From positions 32,001 through 96,000 of the forward strand of contig JBJHCF010000005.1 of NCBI GenBank assembly GCA_050506795.1: a DNA stretch of 64,000 nucleotides, in the 5' to 3' direction. Positions 38,238 to 48,538 of this stretch are shown here, in pieces. Under the pieces are notes generated by a model that saw only the letters and a list, made by a program, of their open reading frames with translations, was not told the origin of the DNA and ran no database searches. This DNA is from Opitutia bacterium (GTDB lineage Bacteria; Verrucomicrobiota; Verrucomicrobiia; Opitutales; T3Sed10-336). How positions within the stretch are numbered: position 1 is the stretch's first letter; every line of letters starts with the position of its first letter. Position numbers and translations under genes: made by a program.

Positions 38238-39044
38238 ATGGCCAGGCGTTTGCATAACCTTTTATTGATCGTGTTCACGGTTTGGTTCGCCGTGGGATTC
38301 TTTATCGTGGCGGGCAATCTGTCCACGCCGTTTGACCGTCTGGGAGACTTTGTTTTCATGCTCCTGGGCGCGATGCTGGTCTTTGTCTCCTGGGTGCGGT
38401 TTTATGGGCTCGGCCGAACCACGGTCGCTTTTCTAACCGTAAGCCTGCTCGCTTTTGCGACCGAGGCGTCCGGGATGACATGGGGTTTTCCTTTCGGTCA
38501 GTATTCTTATACGGAGAATTTCGGGCCGTTGCTGCCTCCGGGTGTTCCCGCGGCTATTCCATTGGCCTGGTGGGTGATCGTGGGCGGCCTGTTCCTCGCC
38601 TTTGATTATACTCTTTTCGGCCTGGGGACCAGCGATGCGTTCAATCGAATTATTCTGGTATTTCTTACGGCGTCGTTGGCGACCGGGATCGACTTTGTCC
38701 TCGAACCGGTCGCGGTCCATGTACGCGGGTATTGGTATTGGGAAAGCGGGGACTTTTACTACGGAGTTCCGCTCGGAAATTTTGCATCCTGGTTTGCCGT
38801 GGCCGCGATAATGGGGGTCCTCCTCGGATTTTTCACCCGACACAAGGGCCGCCGACAGGTGAGGGCGCGGCCCCGGGTATGGGTTTGCCCGGGGGTAATC
38901 CTGGCGATTCTCGTGATGTTTTCCTCGGCGAATGCGGTGGCCGGATTCCGCCTGGCCGCTGTAATCGGCGCCTGTGCGATCCTGCTGTGCGCGTTGCTGA
39001 TGATCGCGCTCTGGCGATTGGAGAGGCGGAATTTTCGTTTGTGA
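38238..39044 (+). CDS. CruF/DUF422-like carotenoid biosynthesis membrane protein
   Basis: GFPFGQYSYT, GVPAAIPLAW, DFVLEPVAV, GVPLGNFASWF. Confidence 0.8.
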   Translation: MARRLHNLLLIVFTVWFAVGFFIVAGNLSTPFDRLGDFVFMLLGAMLVFVSWVRFYGLGRTTVAFLTVSLLAFATEASGMTWGFPFGQYSYTENFGPLLPPGVPAAIPLAWWVIVGGLFLAFDYTLFGLGTSDAFNRIILVFLTASLATGIDFVLEPVAVHVRGYWYWESGDFYYGVPLGNFASWFAVAAIMGVLLGFFTRHKGRRQVRARPRVWVCPGVILAILVMFSSANAVAGFRLAAVIGACAILLCALLMIALWRLERRNFRL

Positions 39045-39053
39045 AAAAGGGGG

Positions 39054-39545
39054 CTAGGACGCGATCGATTCCAGCTTTTCGGGGTTGAAAAAGGAGTAGA
39101 AGATATAAAGGGCGACGCCTACGCAGATCGCGCTGTCGGCGACGTTGAATGCGGGCCAGGCGAAGGTCCCGAAGCGAAAATCGAGGAAATCGATCACATG
39201 GCCGTGTGCGATTCGGTCGATCAGGTTTCCCAGGATGCCGCCGCAGAGGAAGCCGAAGCTGATCTGCCCGATCCTTGAGCGCAGGCCGAGATGATGCCGA
39301 AGGCGATAGATGGCATACAGGGCAATCACTGCGAGAACGGCCAACCAGAAGCTTCTGCCCTGAAAGATTCCCCAGGCCGCGCCGGTATTTCCCCAGTGCA
39401 CGATGTAGAAAAACCCGTTGATCACCTCGATCCGTTCGGTCTCGAAAGCGACGGTGAAGTAGACCCAGAGTTTGGTGAACTGGTCCAGGACCAGCGTTGC
39501 CACCCCCAGCGCGAAAAGGGTGCGGTATTGGCCCATTCGATTCAT
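39054..39545 (-). CDS. lspA: Lipoprotein signal peptidase II
   Basis: LDQFTK, NTGAAWG, GNLIDR, VIDFLDF, FNVADSAI. Confidence 0.96.
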   Translation of the reverse strand: MNRMGQYRTLFALGVATLVLDQFTKLWVYFTVAFETERIEVINGFFYIVHWGNTGAAWGIFQGRSFWLAVLAVIALYAIYRLRHHLGLRSRIGQISFGFLCGGILGNLIDRIAHGHVIDFLDFRFGTFAWPAFNVADSAICVGVALYIFYSFFNPEKLESIAS

Positions 39546-39600
39546 TAGCCAACCCGCGCGAACGGGAAATAGATCTTGGCGCACGTTCCGTGAATTGACG

Positions 39601-40692
39601 TTACTCGTCCGGGTCTTCGGTCAGAAACTCACCGCCGTCGCTTCCAGAATCGAGATAGGCGCCTCCACGCTGCGAAGGACGCCGTTGGGTTTTCTCGAAT
39701 TCCACCTGCCCCTCAATGGAGTAACGGGCGAAAGGAACAGCCATGAGACGCTCTTTGGCGATCGGCTTCCCGGTGATTTCGCAAACGCCGTAGGTGCCCT
39801 TGTGGATACGTTCGATGGCGGCTTCGATTTCCGAAAGCGCTTCCTGCTCGGTGGATACCAGGCTAAGCGCGAAATCACGGTCGAAGGAATCGGTTCCATC
39901 GTCGGCCATGTGCTGTCCATAGCCGGAGAGGTTGCCGCTATCTTCCTTGGTGGAACGTTTCAAGGTATCTTTCGTGTGCAGGTCCAGCTCGGACAGGACG
40001 TGTTCCCGGAGTTCCTGGAGCATGGAGAAATAGCGTTGATGCTTTTTCGGCACGTCCTTCTTTTGCTCCTCCAACGGGTTGGAGGAATCGTTGGGATTGC
40101 GTCCAAGGATGTCCGCCAGAGAGGCGGCGCCCAACACTCGAGCCGCCGGTTTCGGTTCATGCGAATCGGCGCTTTTCTTGGTTGCGGGCAGGGGCTCGGT
40201 GGCTGCTTGCTTGGAAACAGGTTCTCCGGCCGGACGCTTGGGTGGGGCTACGTCGGCGGTTTTTGAGCGGTTCTGAGCGATCTTCCGGGCTTCCTCCAGC
40301 GAGAATGCAATGGGCCGGGATTTTGTTGCGGGAACGCGTGGTGCCGAACCCTTCTCCCGGGAACTCCTTTTGGGAGGAGATGCCTTCGCCGGCGATTCGC
40401 CTTTTGCCTCTGAAGCGGCCTCCTTTTGTGTGGCGGCGCTGACGGTCTTTTTGCTCGCCGTAGCTTTTTTGTCCGTTGATGCGGATTTTTTCTTCGCACC
40501 GGCTTTCTTTTTGTTGGAGGACGTCGGTTTCTTCACAGAAGCTGTTTTCTTGGTTTTTGGTGCCTTCGCTGAAGACGGTTTTTTTGCGTTCCCCTGCCGG
40601 GATGACGCTGATTTTGGTTTGCTGGAAGTTGTCTTTTTGGCGGCCGCCTTTTTTCCGGTGGCGTCTTTTCGCGGTGTCTTTTTTGTAGTCAT
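39601..40692 (-). CDS. dksA: DksA/TraR-family protein with long Lys/Ala/Ser-rich N-terminus
   Basis: HMADDGTD, EIEAAIERIHKGTYGVCEITGKPIAKERLMAVPFAR; ileS-dksA-lspA context. Confidence 0.8.
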   Translation of the reverse strand: MTTKKTPRKDATGKKAAAKKTTSSKPKSASSRQGNAKKPSSAKAPKTKKTASVKKPTSSNKKKAGAKKKSASTDKKATASKKTVSAATQKEAASEAKGESPAKASPPKRSSREKGSAPRVPATKSRPIAFSLEEARKIAQNRSKTADVAPPKRPAGEPVSKQAATEPLPATKKSADSHEPKPAARVLGAASLADILGRNPNDSSNPLEEQKKDVPKKHQRYFSMLQELREHVLSELDLHTKDTLKRSTKEDSGNLSGYGQHMADDGTDSFDRDFALSLVSTEQEALSEIEAAIERIHKGTYGVCEITGKPIAKERLMAVPFARYSIEGQVEFEKTQRRPSQRGGAYLDSGSDGGEFLTEDPDE

Positions 40693-40708
40693 CGCATTCA
40701 GAATTTGG

Positions 40709-43504
40709 TTACGGGGATGAATCGATTGCCTCGGAACAGCGGGGACAGAGGTCTCCGACTTCCGCTTTTGCACTCAATTCGGGAACCCATCGCCAGCAGC
40801 GTGGGCAGCGGAGGCCCTCGGCGTGGGAAACTTCGATTTTGAGTGAGTCGGCGGTATGCGAATCCAGTGAGACCGCGGAGACGATGAAAAGTTCAGGCAA
40901 AAATGTCTCGTATTGGCGCAGCAAGCGATGCTGTTCGGATTCGGAAGGCACGGTCAGCTTGACCGCGGCCTCGAGAGACTTGCCGATCTCTTTCTTCTGT
41001 CGCGCGACTTCCAGTTGCTCAAGAACCCCGGTCCGGATCGCAAAAAGGTTTTCCAGGTCGGAGACGATTTCCGGGTTGCGCCATTCCTCGGCTGCGACCG
41101 GCCAGTCTTCGAGGTGAATGGGCTTGTCGAGGAAATCCTGGTTCCCGAACGCGTGGGCCCAGGCCTCATCCGCGGTAAAGGTCAGGATGGGAGCCAGAAC
41201 GCGAGCCAGCGAGCGGAAAATCTCGTGCACCGCGGTTTGCGAGGACCGTCGAAGGGGATCGTTCGGGCCCAGGGTGTAGAGGCGATCCTTCAGAATGTCG
41301 TGGTAGGTCGCGGACAGCGTGGTGGTGCAGAATTGATTGCAGAGCTGGTAGACTCGCTGGAATTCGAAGGCGTCATAGGCGGCGGTAACCTGCCGGAGCA
41401 GGTCGGCCGTTTTCGCCAGCGCCCAGCGGTCCACCGCGTCGAGGGACGGGTAGGAAACCGCGTCGATCCGGGGATCGAAATCGAAAAGATTCGAAACCTG
41501 AAACCGCAGAGTGTTGCGCAAACCGCGGTAGGCGTCGCCCACATGCCCGAGGATTTCATCGGAGATGGGAGCGTCGTTTCGAAGGTCGATGGACGCCACC
41601 CAGAGCCGGATGATGTCGGCTCCGAACCGGTCGAGATAGGTTTGCGCGGTTTGCGGTTTCCCGTCGCTCTTACTCAGTTTACGGCCGTCCTGACCGACGA
41701 CGAAACCGTGGGTGAGCACTTTTTTGTACGGCGCGGTGCCTTCCGTTGCCACGGCTACCCAAAGCGAAGATTGGAACCAGCCGCGATGCTGGTCGCTGCC
41801 CTCCAGGTAGAGATCCGCCGGCCAGCTCAGTTCCGGGCGTTTCCGGAGGACCGCGAGGTGGCTGGCACCGGAATCGATCCAAACATCCAGGGTATCCGCT
41901 CCCTTTTGCAGCACTTTGCCCTGCCACTCGGGCGGGAACTCGATCCGACTGAGAATCTGCTCAGCGCTTTCCTCAAACCAGAACTGAGTGCCTTCCTTTT
42001 CCGTGCGGTCGGCGACCGCGCGGATAATCCCGGCGTCGAGCACCGGCATGTTGGAGACTTTATCGTAGAAGGCGGGTATCGGTACGCCCCAGGAGCGTTG
42101 GCGACTGATGCACCAATCGGGGCGGTTTTCCACCGCGGCGCGAATGCGGGCCTCACCCCAATCCGGAATCCAGTCAACGGTGGAGATCGCTTCGAGCGCC
42201 TCCTTGCGCAAATCGTTCTTGCCCAGCGCCACGAACCACTGGTCCATAGCGCGGAATACGACCGGGGTCTTGGATCGCCAGCAATGCGGGTAACTGTGTT
42301 GAATCGACTTCGCTTTGAGCAGAGCCCCCTGCGCTTTCAGCATTTCCAGGACGCCCTCATTGGCCGCGCTGCGGCCGTCCACCTCCAGCACACTCAAGCC
42401 GGCCAGAGCGGCGGGCATTTCATCGTCGGCCATGAATTTGCCGTCGTCATCCACCGGGCAATATGGCGGCAGACCGTGCTCGAGACCGGTGTAGTAGTCG
42501 TCGAGTCCGTGGCCTGGGGCGATGTGTACGCAGCCGGTGCCGGATTCCGTGGTCACGTATTCGGCGGTCACCACCGGGCTCGAACGATCGATTAACGGGT
42601 GCCGGGTGACGAGTCCGAGCAGATGCGATCCGTCGAACTCACGGACAATCTTCCATTCATCGAAGCCGCAATCCGCCGCGAACCGTTCCGCCAGGGAGGC
42701 GGCGACGATAAAAGCTTCCGTGCCGGCCTGAACCAGGGCGTATTCGACATGGGGGTGGACGGCGATGGCCAGATTGGCGGGAAGGGTCCACGGGGTGGTG
42801 GTCCAGATCACCACCGAAACCGGCAGATCCGTTTCCAGGCGGGGATCCTCCGCAGCCGCGAACTTGACCCAGATGGCCGGACTGACGTGGTCGCGGTACT
42901 CGATTTCCGCTTCGGCGAGGGCGGTGCGGCAGGGGATGGACCAATACACCGGCTTCTTGTCCCGGTAGACCAGACCCTTTTCCACGAAGCAGGCGAAGGC
43001 GCGCAGGATCTCCGCCTCGTAGGCCGGGTCCATGGTTCGATAAGCATTGTCCCAATCGGCCAGAACCCCCATTCGCTCGAACTGTTCACGCTGGATTCCG
43101 ATGTAATGCTCGGCGAAGCGGGCACAGGCGGAACGGATTTCGGCGGGTGTCAGTTCTTTCTTTTCCTTCTGCAGGTCGCGGGCCACCTTGTGCTCGATCG
43201 GCAGTCCATGGCAATCCCATCCAGGCACGTAGGGAGCCCGGTAACCGCGCATCGACAGGTAGCGGGTCACCATATCCTTGGGGATCTTGTTCAGGGCATG
43301 TCCCATGTGCAGGTCGCCGTTGGTGAAGGGCGGGCCATCGTGCAGAATGTAGGCGGGCTTGTCCGCGTTCTTTTTCTGAATGGCGCCGTAAAGATCGAGA
43401 GACCGCCAGTGGGCGATGCGTTCGGGTTCGCGTTGCACCAACCGCGCCCTCATGGGAAAATCGGTTTTGGGCAAGTTGAGCGTGTCCTTCAGGTCCTTCA
43501 CCAT
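40709..43504 (-). CDS. ileS: Isoleucine--tRNA ligase
   Basis: HDGPP, HMGH, WCISRQR, EGSDQHRGWF, KLSKS, C-terminal CPRCW...CPRC. Confidence 0.98.
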   Translation of the reverse strand: MVKDLKDTLNLPKTDFPMRARLVQREPERIAHWRSLDLYGAIQKKNADKPAYILHDGPPFTNGDLHMGHALNKIPKDMVTRYLSMRGYRAPYVPGWDCHGLPIEHKVARDLQKEKKELTPAEIRSACARFAEHYIGIQREQFERMGVLADWDNAYRTMDPAYEAEILRAFACFVEKGLVYRDKKPVYWSIPCRTALAEAEIEYRDHVSPAIWVKFAAAEDPRLETDLPVSVVIWTTTPWTLPANLAIAVHPHVEYALVQAGTEAFIVAASLAERFAADCGFDEWKIVREFDGSHLLGLVTRHPLIDRSSPVVTAEYVTTESGTGCVHIAPGHGLDDYYTGLEHGLPPYCPVDDDGKFMADDEMPAALAGLSVLEVDGRSAANEGVLEMLKAQGALLKAKSIQHSYPHCWRSKTPVVFRAMDQWFVALGKNDLRKEALEAISTVDWIPDWGEARIRAAVENRPDWCISRQRSWGVPIPAFYDKVSNMPVLDAGIIRAVADRTEKEGTQFWFEESAEQILSRIEFPPEWQGKVLQKGADTLDVWIDSGASHLAVLRKRPELSWPADLYLEGSDQHRGWFQSSLWVAVATEGTAPYKKVLTHGFVVGQDGRKLSKSDGKPQTAQTYLDRFGADIIRLWVASIDLRNDAPISDEILGHVGDAYRGLRNTLRFQVSNLFDFDPRIDAVSYPSLDAVDRWALAKTADLLRQVTAAYDAFEFQRVYQLCNQFCTTTLSATYHDILKDRLYTLGPNDPLRRSSQTAVHEIFRSLARVLAPILTFTADEAWAHAFGNQDFLDKPIHLEDWPVAAEEWRNPEIVSDLENLFAIRTGVLEQLEVARQKKEIGKSLEAAVKLTVPSESEQHRLLRQYETFLPELFIVSAVSLDSHTADSLKIEVSHAEGLRCPRCWRWVPELSAKAEVGDLCPRCSEAIDSSP

Positions 43505-43705
43505 TAGAAAAATAGCAGATCTGGCGTCCGCGCTGAATCGGTGTGCGCGCGACGTCTCTCCGTTGTCATAAAAACGGGCAATCGTACAGGTGCGGCCGGT
43601 GGACGCAACTTAATTCAGCCTTTTGCCGAGGCGAATTTAGGTCGGCCCGGTCCTGGCCCGGCCGCTGTTTTTTCTGTCCATGACCGGGATCCAGGCGATC
43701 CCGTT

Positions 43706-44071
43706 TCAGGTGGCGAGCCAGCGCCCGCCGGCCAATCCACCGGTCACAAACGCGATCGCAAAAACGGCCCCGGCCAAGGTCAACAGGAGGATTACCGCGC
43801 CGATGATAACGAGACAGGTTTTCAGTTTGCGCAGCGAACGGATGAGGCTCTCCTGGTCGGCGTTTAAATGGGCGCGTCCCGCCGCCCCGGCGGCCTGGAA
43901 AAGCAGAATCCCAGTCCAAACGGGCAGCCAGGCGACGATAAGTCCATAAAAGGTGGCCGCCAACCAGGCCCCCTGTAGAATACAGAGTGCCCCGAGGAAG
44001 CGCATCCAGCCCCTGGCTTCAAAGAGCGGGGCGCTGGTTTCGCGAGTGCGGTTATCCAAGTCGGTGGTCAT
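43706..44071 (-). CDS. Small membrane protein (DUF5362-like)
   Basis: GWMRFLG..GLIVAWLPVWTGILLFQAA. Confidence 0.65.
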   Translation of the reverse strand: MTTDLDNRTRETSAPLFEARGWMRFLGALCILQGAWLAATFYGLIVAWLPVWTGILLFQAAGAAGRAHLNADQESLIRSLRKLKTCLVIIGAVILLLTLAGAVFAIAFVTGGLAGGRWLAT

Positions 44072-44173
44072 AGTGCGTTTTAGACATTGCTTCCCGGTTT
44101 TTTAGCCTTTAGTCAAACCAGTGTGGCTGCGGATTCAGTTGATTCCAGGCCGAACTTTGCGGATTTCAGTGCC

Positions 44174-44650
44174 ATGCCTTGGTTAATCAATACTGTTCTT
44201 GCGCTACTCGGTGTCCTTTTTCTGGCCGGATGCGCCACCCGCCCTTCGGGTCCGTTCCGGAATTCCGAAGGGTATGAGACCCTTGCTCCGGTCTCGGTCG
44301 AAGTTATGGAGTATTTTATGGCGGTACAGCACGATACCGTTGCTTCGATTATCCGCGGTGTTGAGGAACGCCTCGAAAATGCGGAAGACCTCAGGGGTTT
44401 CCTGCGCGACACGCGGGAGATCAATGAGCGGACCCGTTTGGCGGCGGACCCGGACTGGATCGAATTCACCCGCCGGTTGCGTCCGGACGATCAGCTGTTC
44501 CTTTTCGAATACCGGGAGCGCTATTATCAGGATTTTGGTATCATGGTGGTGCGCGATAACGAAATCGTCTTTCGGACCGTATGGGAAAGCGCCGCTCCCG
44601 AAGGGGTTGCCCGGGAGTTGCTTCAAAATCCGGAGATCGACCGCCTCTAG
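44174..44650 (+). CDS. Hypothetical lipoprotein
   Basis: Lipobox LAGC. Confidence 0.7.
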   Translation: MPWLINTVLALLGVLFLAGCATRPSGPFRNSEGYETLAPVSVEVMEYFMAVQHDTVASIIRGVEERLENAEDLRGFLRDTREINERTRLAADPDWIEFTRRLRPDDQLFLFEYRERYYQDFGIMVVRDNEIVFRTVWESAAPEGVARELLQNPEIDRL

Positions 44651-44674
44651 GATTCGGGTTTCGCCGACAGATTC

Positions 44675-45154
44675 CTAGGCGATATTGAGAATCCTGGCCG
44701 CCCCGCCATTGGCCAGCGTGAAGTCTTGTCCCGCCTTCATTCCCCACATCCGGGTGGCGAGCGGTGATTGTGGGGTCAGGACGGTGAGCGTTTCCTCGTT
44801 CACCTCCAGAACCTGCCCCCCGGCGACGGGTGCGACGAAAAAGCGCTCCTCTTCCCCCAGGATCTCACAATGGACCACCGCGCCCAACGCGATCTCGGAG
44901 TTTCCCCCCAAAAGTTCTTTGCGACTGCGCTCCAGGATTTCAATTAATTCCGCCCATTGCCGGGCCTGTTCCGCCTGGCCGGCCGCCAGGTAGGAGGCCT
45001 CCAACCCTTGGGTGTCCCATTGGGATTCCGCCCGGGCCTCCTCGTTGACCGCGTAATCAGCCGCATCCTGGGAAGCGGTAACCGCGTTATTGAGTTCCGC
45101 CTTTAAGGAATCGAGCAGAGCATCGACAACCGAATTCTTATCCATGAACTTCAT
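44675..45154 (-). CDS. GreA/GreB-like protein
   Basis: AESQWDTQGLEASYLAAGQ, IALGAVV, LTPQSPLA. Confidence 0.8.
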   Translation of the reverse strand: MKFMDKNSVVDALLDSLKAELNNAVTASQDAADYAVNEEARAESQWDTQGLEASYLAAGQAEQARQWAELIEILERSRKELLGGNSEIALGAVVHCEILGEEERFFVAPVAGGQVLEVNEETLTVLTPQSPLATRMWGMKAGQDFTLANGGAARILNIA

Positions 45155-45422
45155 TCTGGCGGAATTCTTTCTCGAGGCGAGCTCAGGCGGGCCTGGTAAC
45201 GCCGATTTTTGTAGTGGCCTGCTCGACACGCTCCGTCTATTGTTACGGGATCAGGCGCCGAAAGGAGAATCTCCCGCTCCCGATTCGGCCGGGCGGGCCG
45301 ATCCGCAGAAATTCATTTGCCCGGATTTTGATAAAAGATTTGACCCGGAAACGGATTATTTATCTTGATTATCGGTTTAAGGTGCGATTTACAGATCGTT
45401 TCGACTTATCAGATTGTGATTT

Positions 45423-45620
45423 ATGGCCATTGAGATTAAAGTTCGTAAAGGAGAACCCATGGAGCGCGCCATTCGGCGGCTCAAGAAGCGCTTGGATCGC
45501 GAGGGAATCATTAAGGACGCCCGCGCGAAACGTTATTTCGAAAAGCCCTGCGAAGTGAAGCGGCGCAAGAAGAAAGTCGCCGCTTTCAACGATATGTTGC
45601 GCAATCGGCGCAACAGTTGA
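45423..45620 (+). CDS. rpsU: 30S ribosomal protein S21
   Basis: IKVRKGEPMERAIRRLKK...YFEKP. Confidence 0.96.
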   Translation: MAIEIKVRKGEPMERAIRRLKKRLDREGIIKDARAKRYFEKPCEVKRRKKKVAAFNDMLRNRRNS

Positions 45621-45710
45621 GTGCCGCGGGAGCGGTTCCAGGCGCCCGCCGTAACGCGGACCGGCCTGATAAACAACTTGCTGCCTCACCAATTTTAACC
45701 GGACTCAACC

Positions 45711-46652
45711 ATGCCCGTATCACTGTCAACGAGTTGGTGTTCCGGCCGCCACCGTGATGGTTATGAGATGATCAAAGAGATGGCGGATTTGGGTTTCGAG
45801 TACGTCGAGCTCAGCCACGGGATCCGCGTTTCACTGGTGCCCGGTATCCTGCAGGCGGTCCACGAGAAAATCGTCAAGATCTCTTCGGTCCATAATTTTT
45901 GCCCCCTTCCCAACGGGGTTCAGTATCCGGCCCCCAACCTGTTCAAACCATCCGCCCTGGGGAGCCAGGAAAGCCATTTGTGGTTGCGACACACCAGGCG
46001 CACCTTCGAATTCGCTGAGCGCATGAAAGCGCCTTTGGTGGTAACCCACCTCGGGTCGATTTCTTTCCCATTCTGGTCGCCCGCCGGCAAATTGGAGCGG
46101 ATGCGCGAGCGGGTTACCGACAGCATTCACGATGATCCCCGTTACCAGGCCGTTCTGGAGAAAACCCGGGCCAGGCTGAAAAAGCGTAAGCCCAAGTTTT
46201 GGGCCCAGGTGTTGCGCAATCTGGAACGCGTGCTTCCCTCCGCGGAGGAAAACCGGATCAAGATCGGGGTGGAGAACCGTGAGGCCATAACGGAACTGCC
46301 GCTCGACGACGACTTCAGCGAGTTGTTTAGCGAACTTTCCTCCACCGAACACGTGGGCTACTGGCACGATGCCGGCCACGCCCAGATCAAGGAGTGGTAT
46401 GGTCTGGCCGAACATGAAACCCTGTTGCTGGAAAACGGTCACCGGCTGTTGGGGTTTCATCTTCACGACGTTTCCACCGAGGGGAAAGACCACCAACCGC
46501 TGGGTAGCGGGGTGGTGGATTTTGACATGATCGCCAAGTATATCCGCCCGGAACACGCGGTGATCCTGGAGTTCAGTCCGGTGCTGCGGCCGGAGGAGGT
46601 TCTGGAGTCCAAGGCCTTCCTCGAATCCCTGTTGTCCCGCCGGACGGCGTGA
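45711..46652 (+). CDS. Sugar phosphate isomerase/epimerase (xylose-isomerase-like TIM barrel)
   Basis: VELSH, GVENRE, WHDAGH, FHLHD, ILEF. Confidence 0.8.
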   Translation: MPVSLSTSWCSGRHRDGYEMIKEMADLGFEYVELSHGIRVSLVPGILQAVHEKIVKISSVHNFCPLPNGVQYPAPNLFKPSALGSQESHLWLRHTRRTFEFAERMKAPLVVTHLGSISFPFWSPAGKLERMRERVTDSIHDDPRYQAVLEKTRARLKKRKPKFWAQVLRNLERVLPSAEENRIKIGVENREAITELPLDDDFSELFSELSSTEHVGYWHDAGHAQIKEWYGLAEHETLLLENGHRLLGFHLHDVSTEGKDHQPLGSGVVDFDMIAKYIRPEHAVILEFSPVLRPEEVLESKAFLESLLSRRTA

Positions 46653-46698
46653 ACAGATCGGGATTGTTTCCGCACCCCGGGTGTTTAGGCTGCGGTCC

Positions 46699-48504
46699 AT
46701 GAGTTCCATTCGCATACTCTCGGACCAGGTGGCCAATCAGATTGCCGCCGGCGAGGTTATCGAACGTCCGGCCGCCGTGGTCAAGGAGTTGGTGGAAAAC
46801 AGTATCGATGCCGGCGCCCGGCGTTTGGAGGTGGAATTTCGTCACGGCGGACGCTCCTACATGCGCGTTGAGGACGACGGTCGCGGGATGGTGCGGGACG
46901 ACGCCCTGCTTTCGCTGGAGCGGCACGCCACCAGTAAGATCCTGGAGGCGAGCGACCTGGATTTGATCACTTCCTTCGGTTTCCGTGGAGAAGCGCTTCC
47001 GTCCGTTGCCAGTGTCTCCCGCTTTCTGTTGCGGACCCGGTCGGCCCGGGAGTCCGTCGGAACCGAGGTGCTGGTCAACGGCGGGAAGATTCTGCATGTG
47101 CGCGATTGCGGCATGCCGCCGGGCACCCGCATCGAAGTGAGCCACCTCTTCAACTCGGTGCCGGCGCGCCGGAAGTTCCTGAAGACCGATCCGACCGAGG
47201 CGGGTCATATCATCAACTGCGTGCGGCTTTACGCCCTGGCCCACCCGGATAAGGCGTTCACACTCATCGACAATGGCCGGGTCCTGTTCCAATCCCCTCC
47301 CTGCAACGATCTCCGGGAGAGGATCGCCGAGATTTTCGGGCGCAAGCTTCTCGACGACTTGCTGGAAATCGACGAGTCCGGTGACGGGCTCCGGTTGCAC
47401 GGGTTCATCGGCCGGCCCGGGGTGGGGCGATCAACCCGGCACGAAACCGTGACCTTCGTCAATCGACGCCCGGTGGACAGTCGCACCCTGGTCTATGCGC
47501 TGCTCGAATCCTATCACGCCTCCCTGGGAAAAGGGCGCCATCCGGTGGCCTTTCTCTTTCTCGAAATGGATTCCCGCGGGGTCGATGTGAACGTCCACCC
47601 GGCGAAGCGCGAGGTCCGGTTTCGCGAGGAAGGCCGGGTGCGGCGCTTTGTGGTGCAGGCGGTCCTGCGACGCCTTCAGACCGCCGGCCGCGAGATGGGT
47701 GATCCTCGGTCGGCACCCGGCGCCCAGGCGTTGTCCACCTCATCGGCGCCCGCGGTGCGCTTGACGATGCCCGAATCCGGCAGGGCTTCGCGGATCGTTT
47801 CCCAGGCAACGGCTTCGCGGGAAAACGACGGACCGCAACGCCCGCCGCCGCAACATGAGGCCGTCCGCACGGTTGCCGGACCGGAGAGCGCCGGTCCGGC
47901 CGACGAGGATTTCCCGGCCAGGCCGCCCCTGGATTGGCGCTTCCTTGGGGTTATTCAGGGCCGGCTGGGGGTTTTCGAAAGGGAGAACGGGTTGATCCTG
48001 GTCGATCGGCGGGCCGCCCATGAGCGGGTGATGTACGAGGAGGTTCTCGCCCGTTTTGAAAAAGAAAGGCCGGTGGTCCAGGCATTGTTGTTTCCCGTGC
48101 CCCTGGAAGTTGACGCTATCGCGGCGGGCCTGCTGCAGGAGCATCGGGAGTTTCTCCTGACGAGCGGTTTTGAAATCGCGCCCTTCGGACGGAATTTCTT
48201 CCGGGTGGAAACGGCTCCCGACTGGATTGCCCCCGAGCAGGTTGAGCCGTTCTTGCGCGATCTGATCGGCTCAATGAAGGAGGAAAACCTGCCTTCCTCC
48301 CGGCCCGCCCTGGCCCGGGAACGATTCGCGCGGCTGGCTGCGGCGCGGGCCGTTCGCCTGGGAGACCAGTGCGGGGAAGCCGAACTGGTATCGCTCGTTC
48401 TGGATTTGCTCGCCTGTGAACAGCCGCTGACCAATCCGCAGGGGCGCCCCACCCTGATCGAGATCGATCAGGGGGAACTGGACAAGCGGTTTCAGCGGCG
48501 ATGA
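46699..48504 (+). CDS. mutL: DNA mismatch repair protein MutL
   Basis: NQIAAGEVIERP, ELVENSIDAG, HATSK, GFRGEAL, DVNVHPAKREV. Confidence 0.97.
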   Translation: MSSIRILSDQVANQIAAGEVIERPAAVVKELVENSIDAGARRLEVEFRHGGRSYMRVEDDGRGMVRDDALLSLERHATSKILEASDLDLITSFGFRGEALPSVASVSRFLLRTRSARESVGTEVLVNGGKILHVRDCGMPPGTRIEVSHLFNSVPARRKFLKTDPTEAGHIINCVRLYALAHPDKAFTLIDNGRVLFQSPPCNDLRERIAEIFGRKLLDDLLEIDESGDGLRLHGFIGRPGVGRSTRHETVTFVNRRPVDSRTLVYALLESYHASLGKGRHPVAFLFLEMDSRGVDVNVHPAKREVRFREEGRVRRFVVQAVLRRLQTAGREMGDPRSAPGAQALSTSSAPAVRLTMPESGRASRIVSQATASRENDGPQRPPPQHEAVRTVAGPESAGPADEDFPARPPLDWRFLGVIQGRLGVFERENGLILVDRRAAHERVMYEEVLARFEKERPVVQALLFPVPLEVDAIAAGLLQEHREFLLTSGFEIAPFGRNFFRVETAPDWIAPEQVEPFLRDLIGSMKEENLPSSRPALARERFARLAAARAVRLGDQCGEAELVSLVLDLLACEQPLTNPQGRPTLIEIDQGELDKRFQRR

Positions 48505-48538
48505 TTCGGACCCGCGTCGACGGAGGCGTTGGCTGGAA

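Noticed and set aside
45155..45310. Riboswitch-like leader of the GreA-like gene
   Set aside because: No match to a riboswitch consensus I can support
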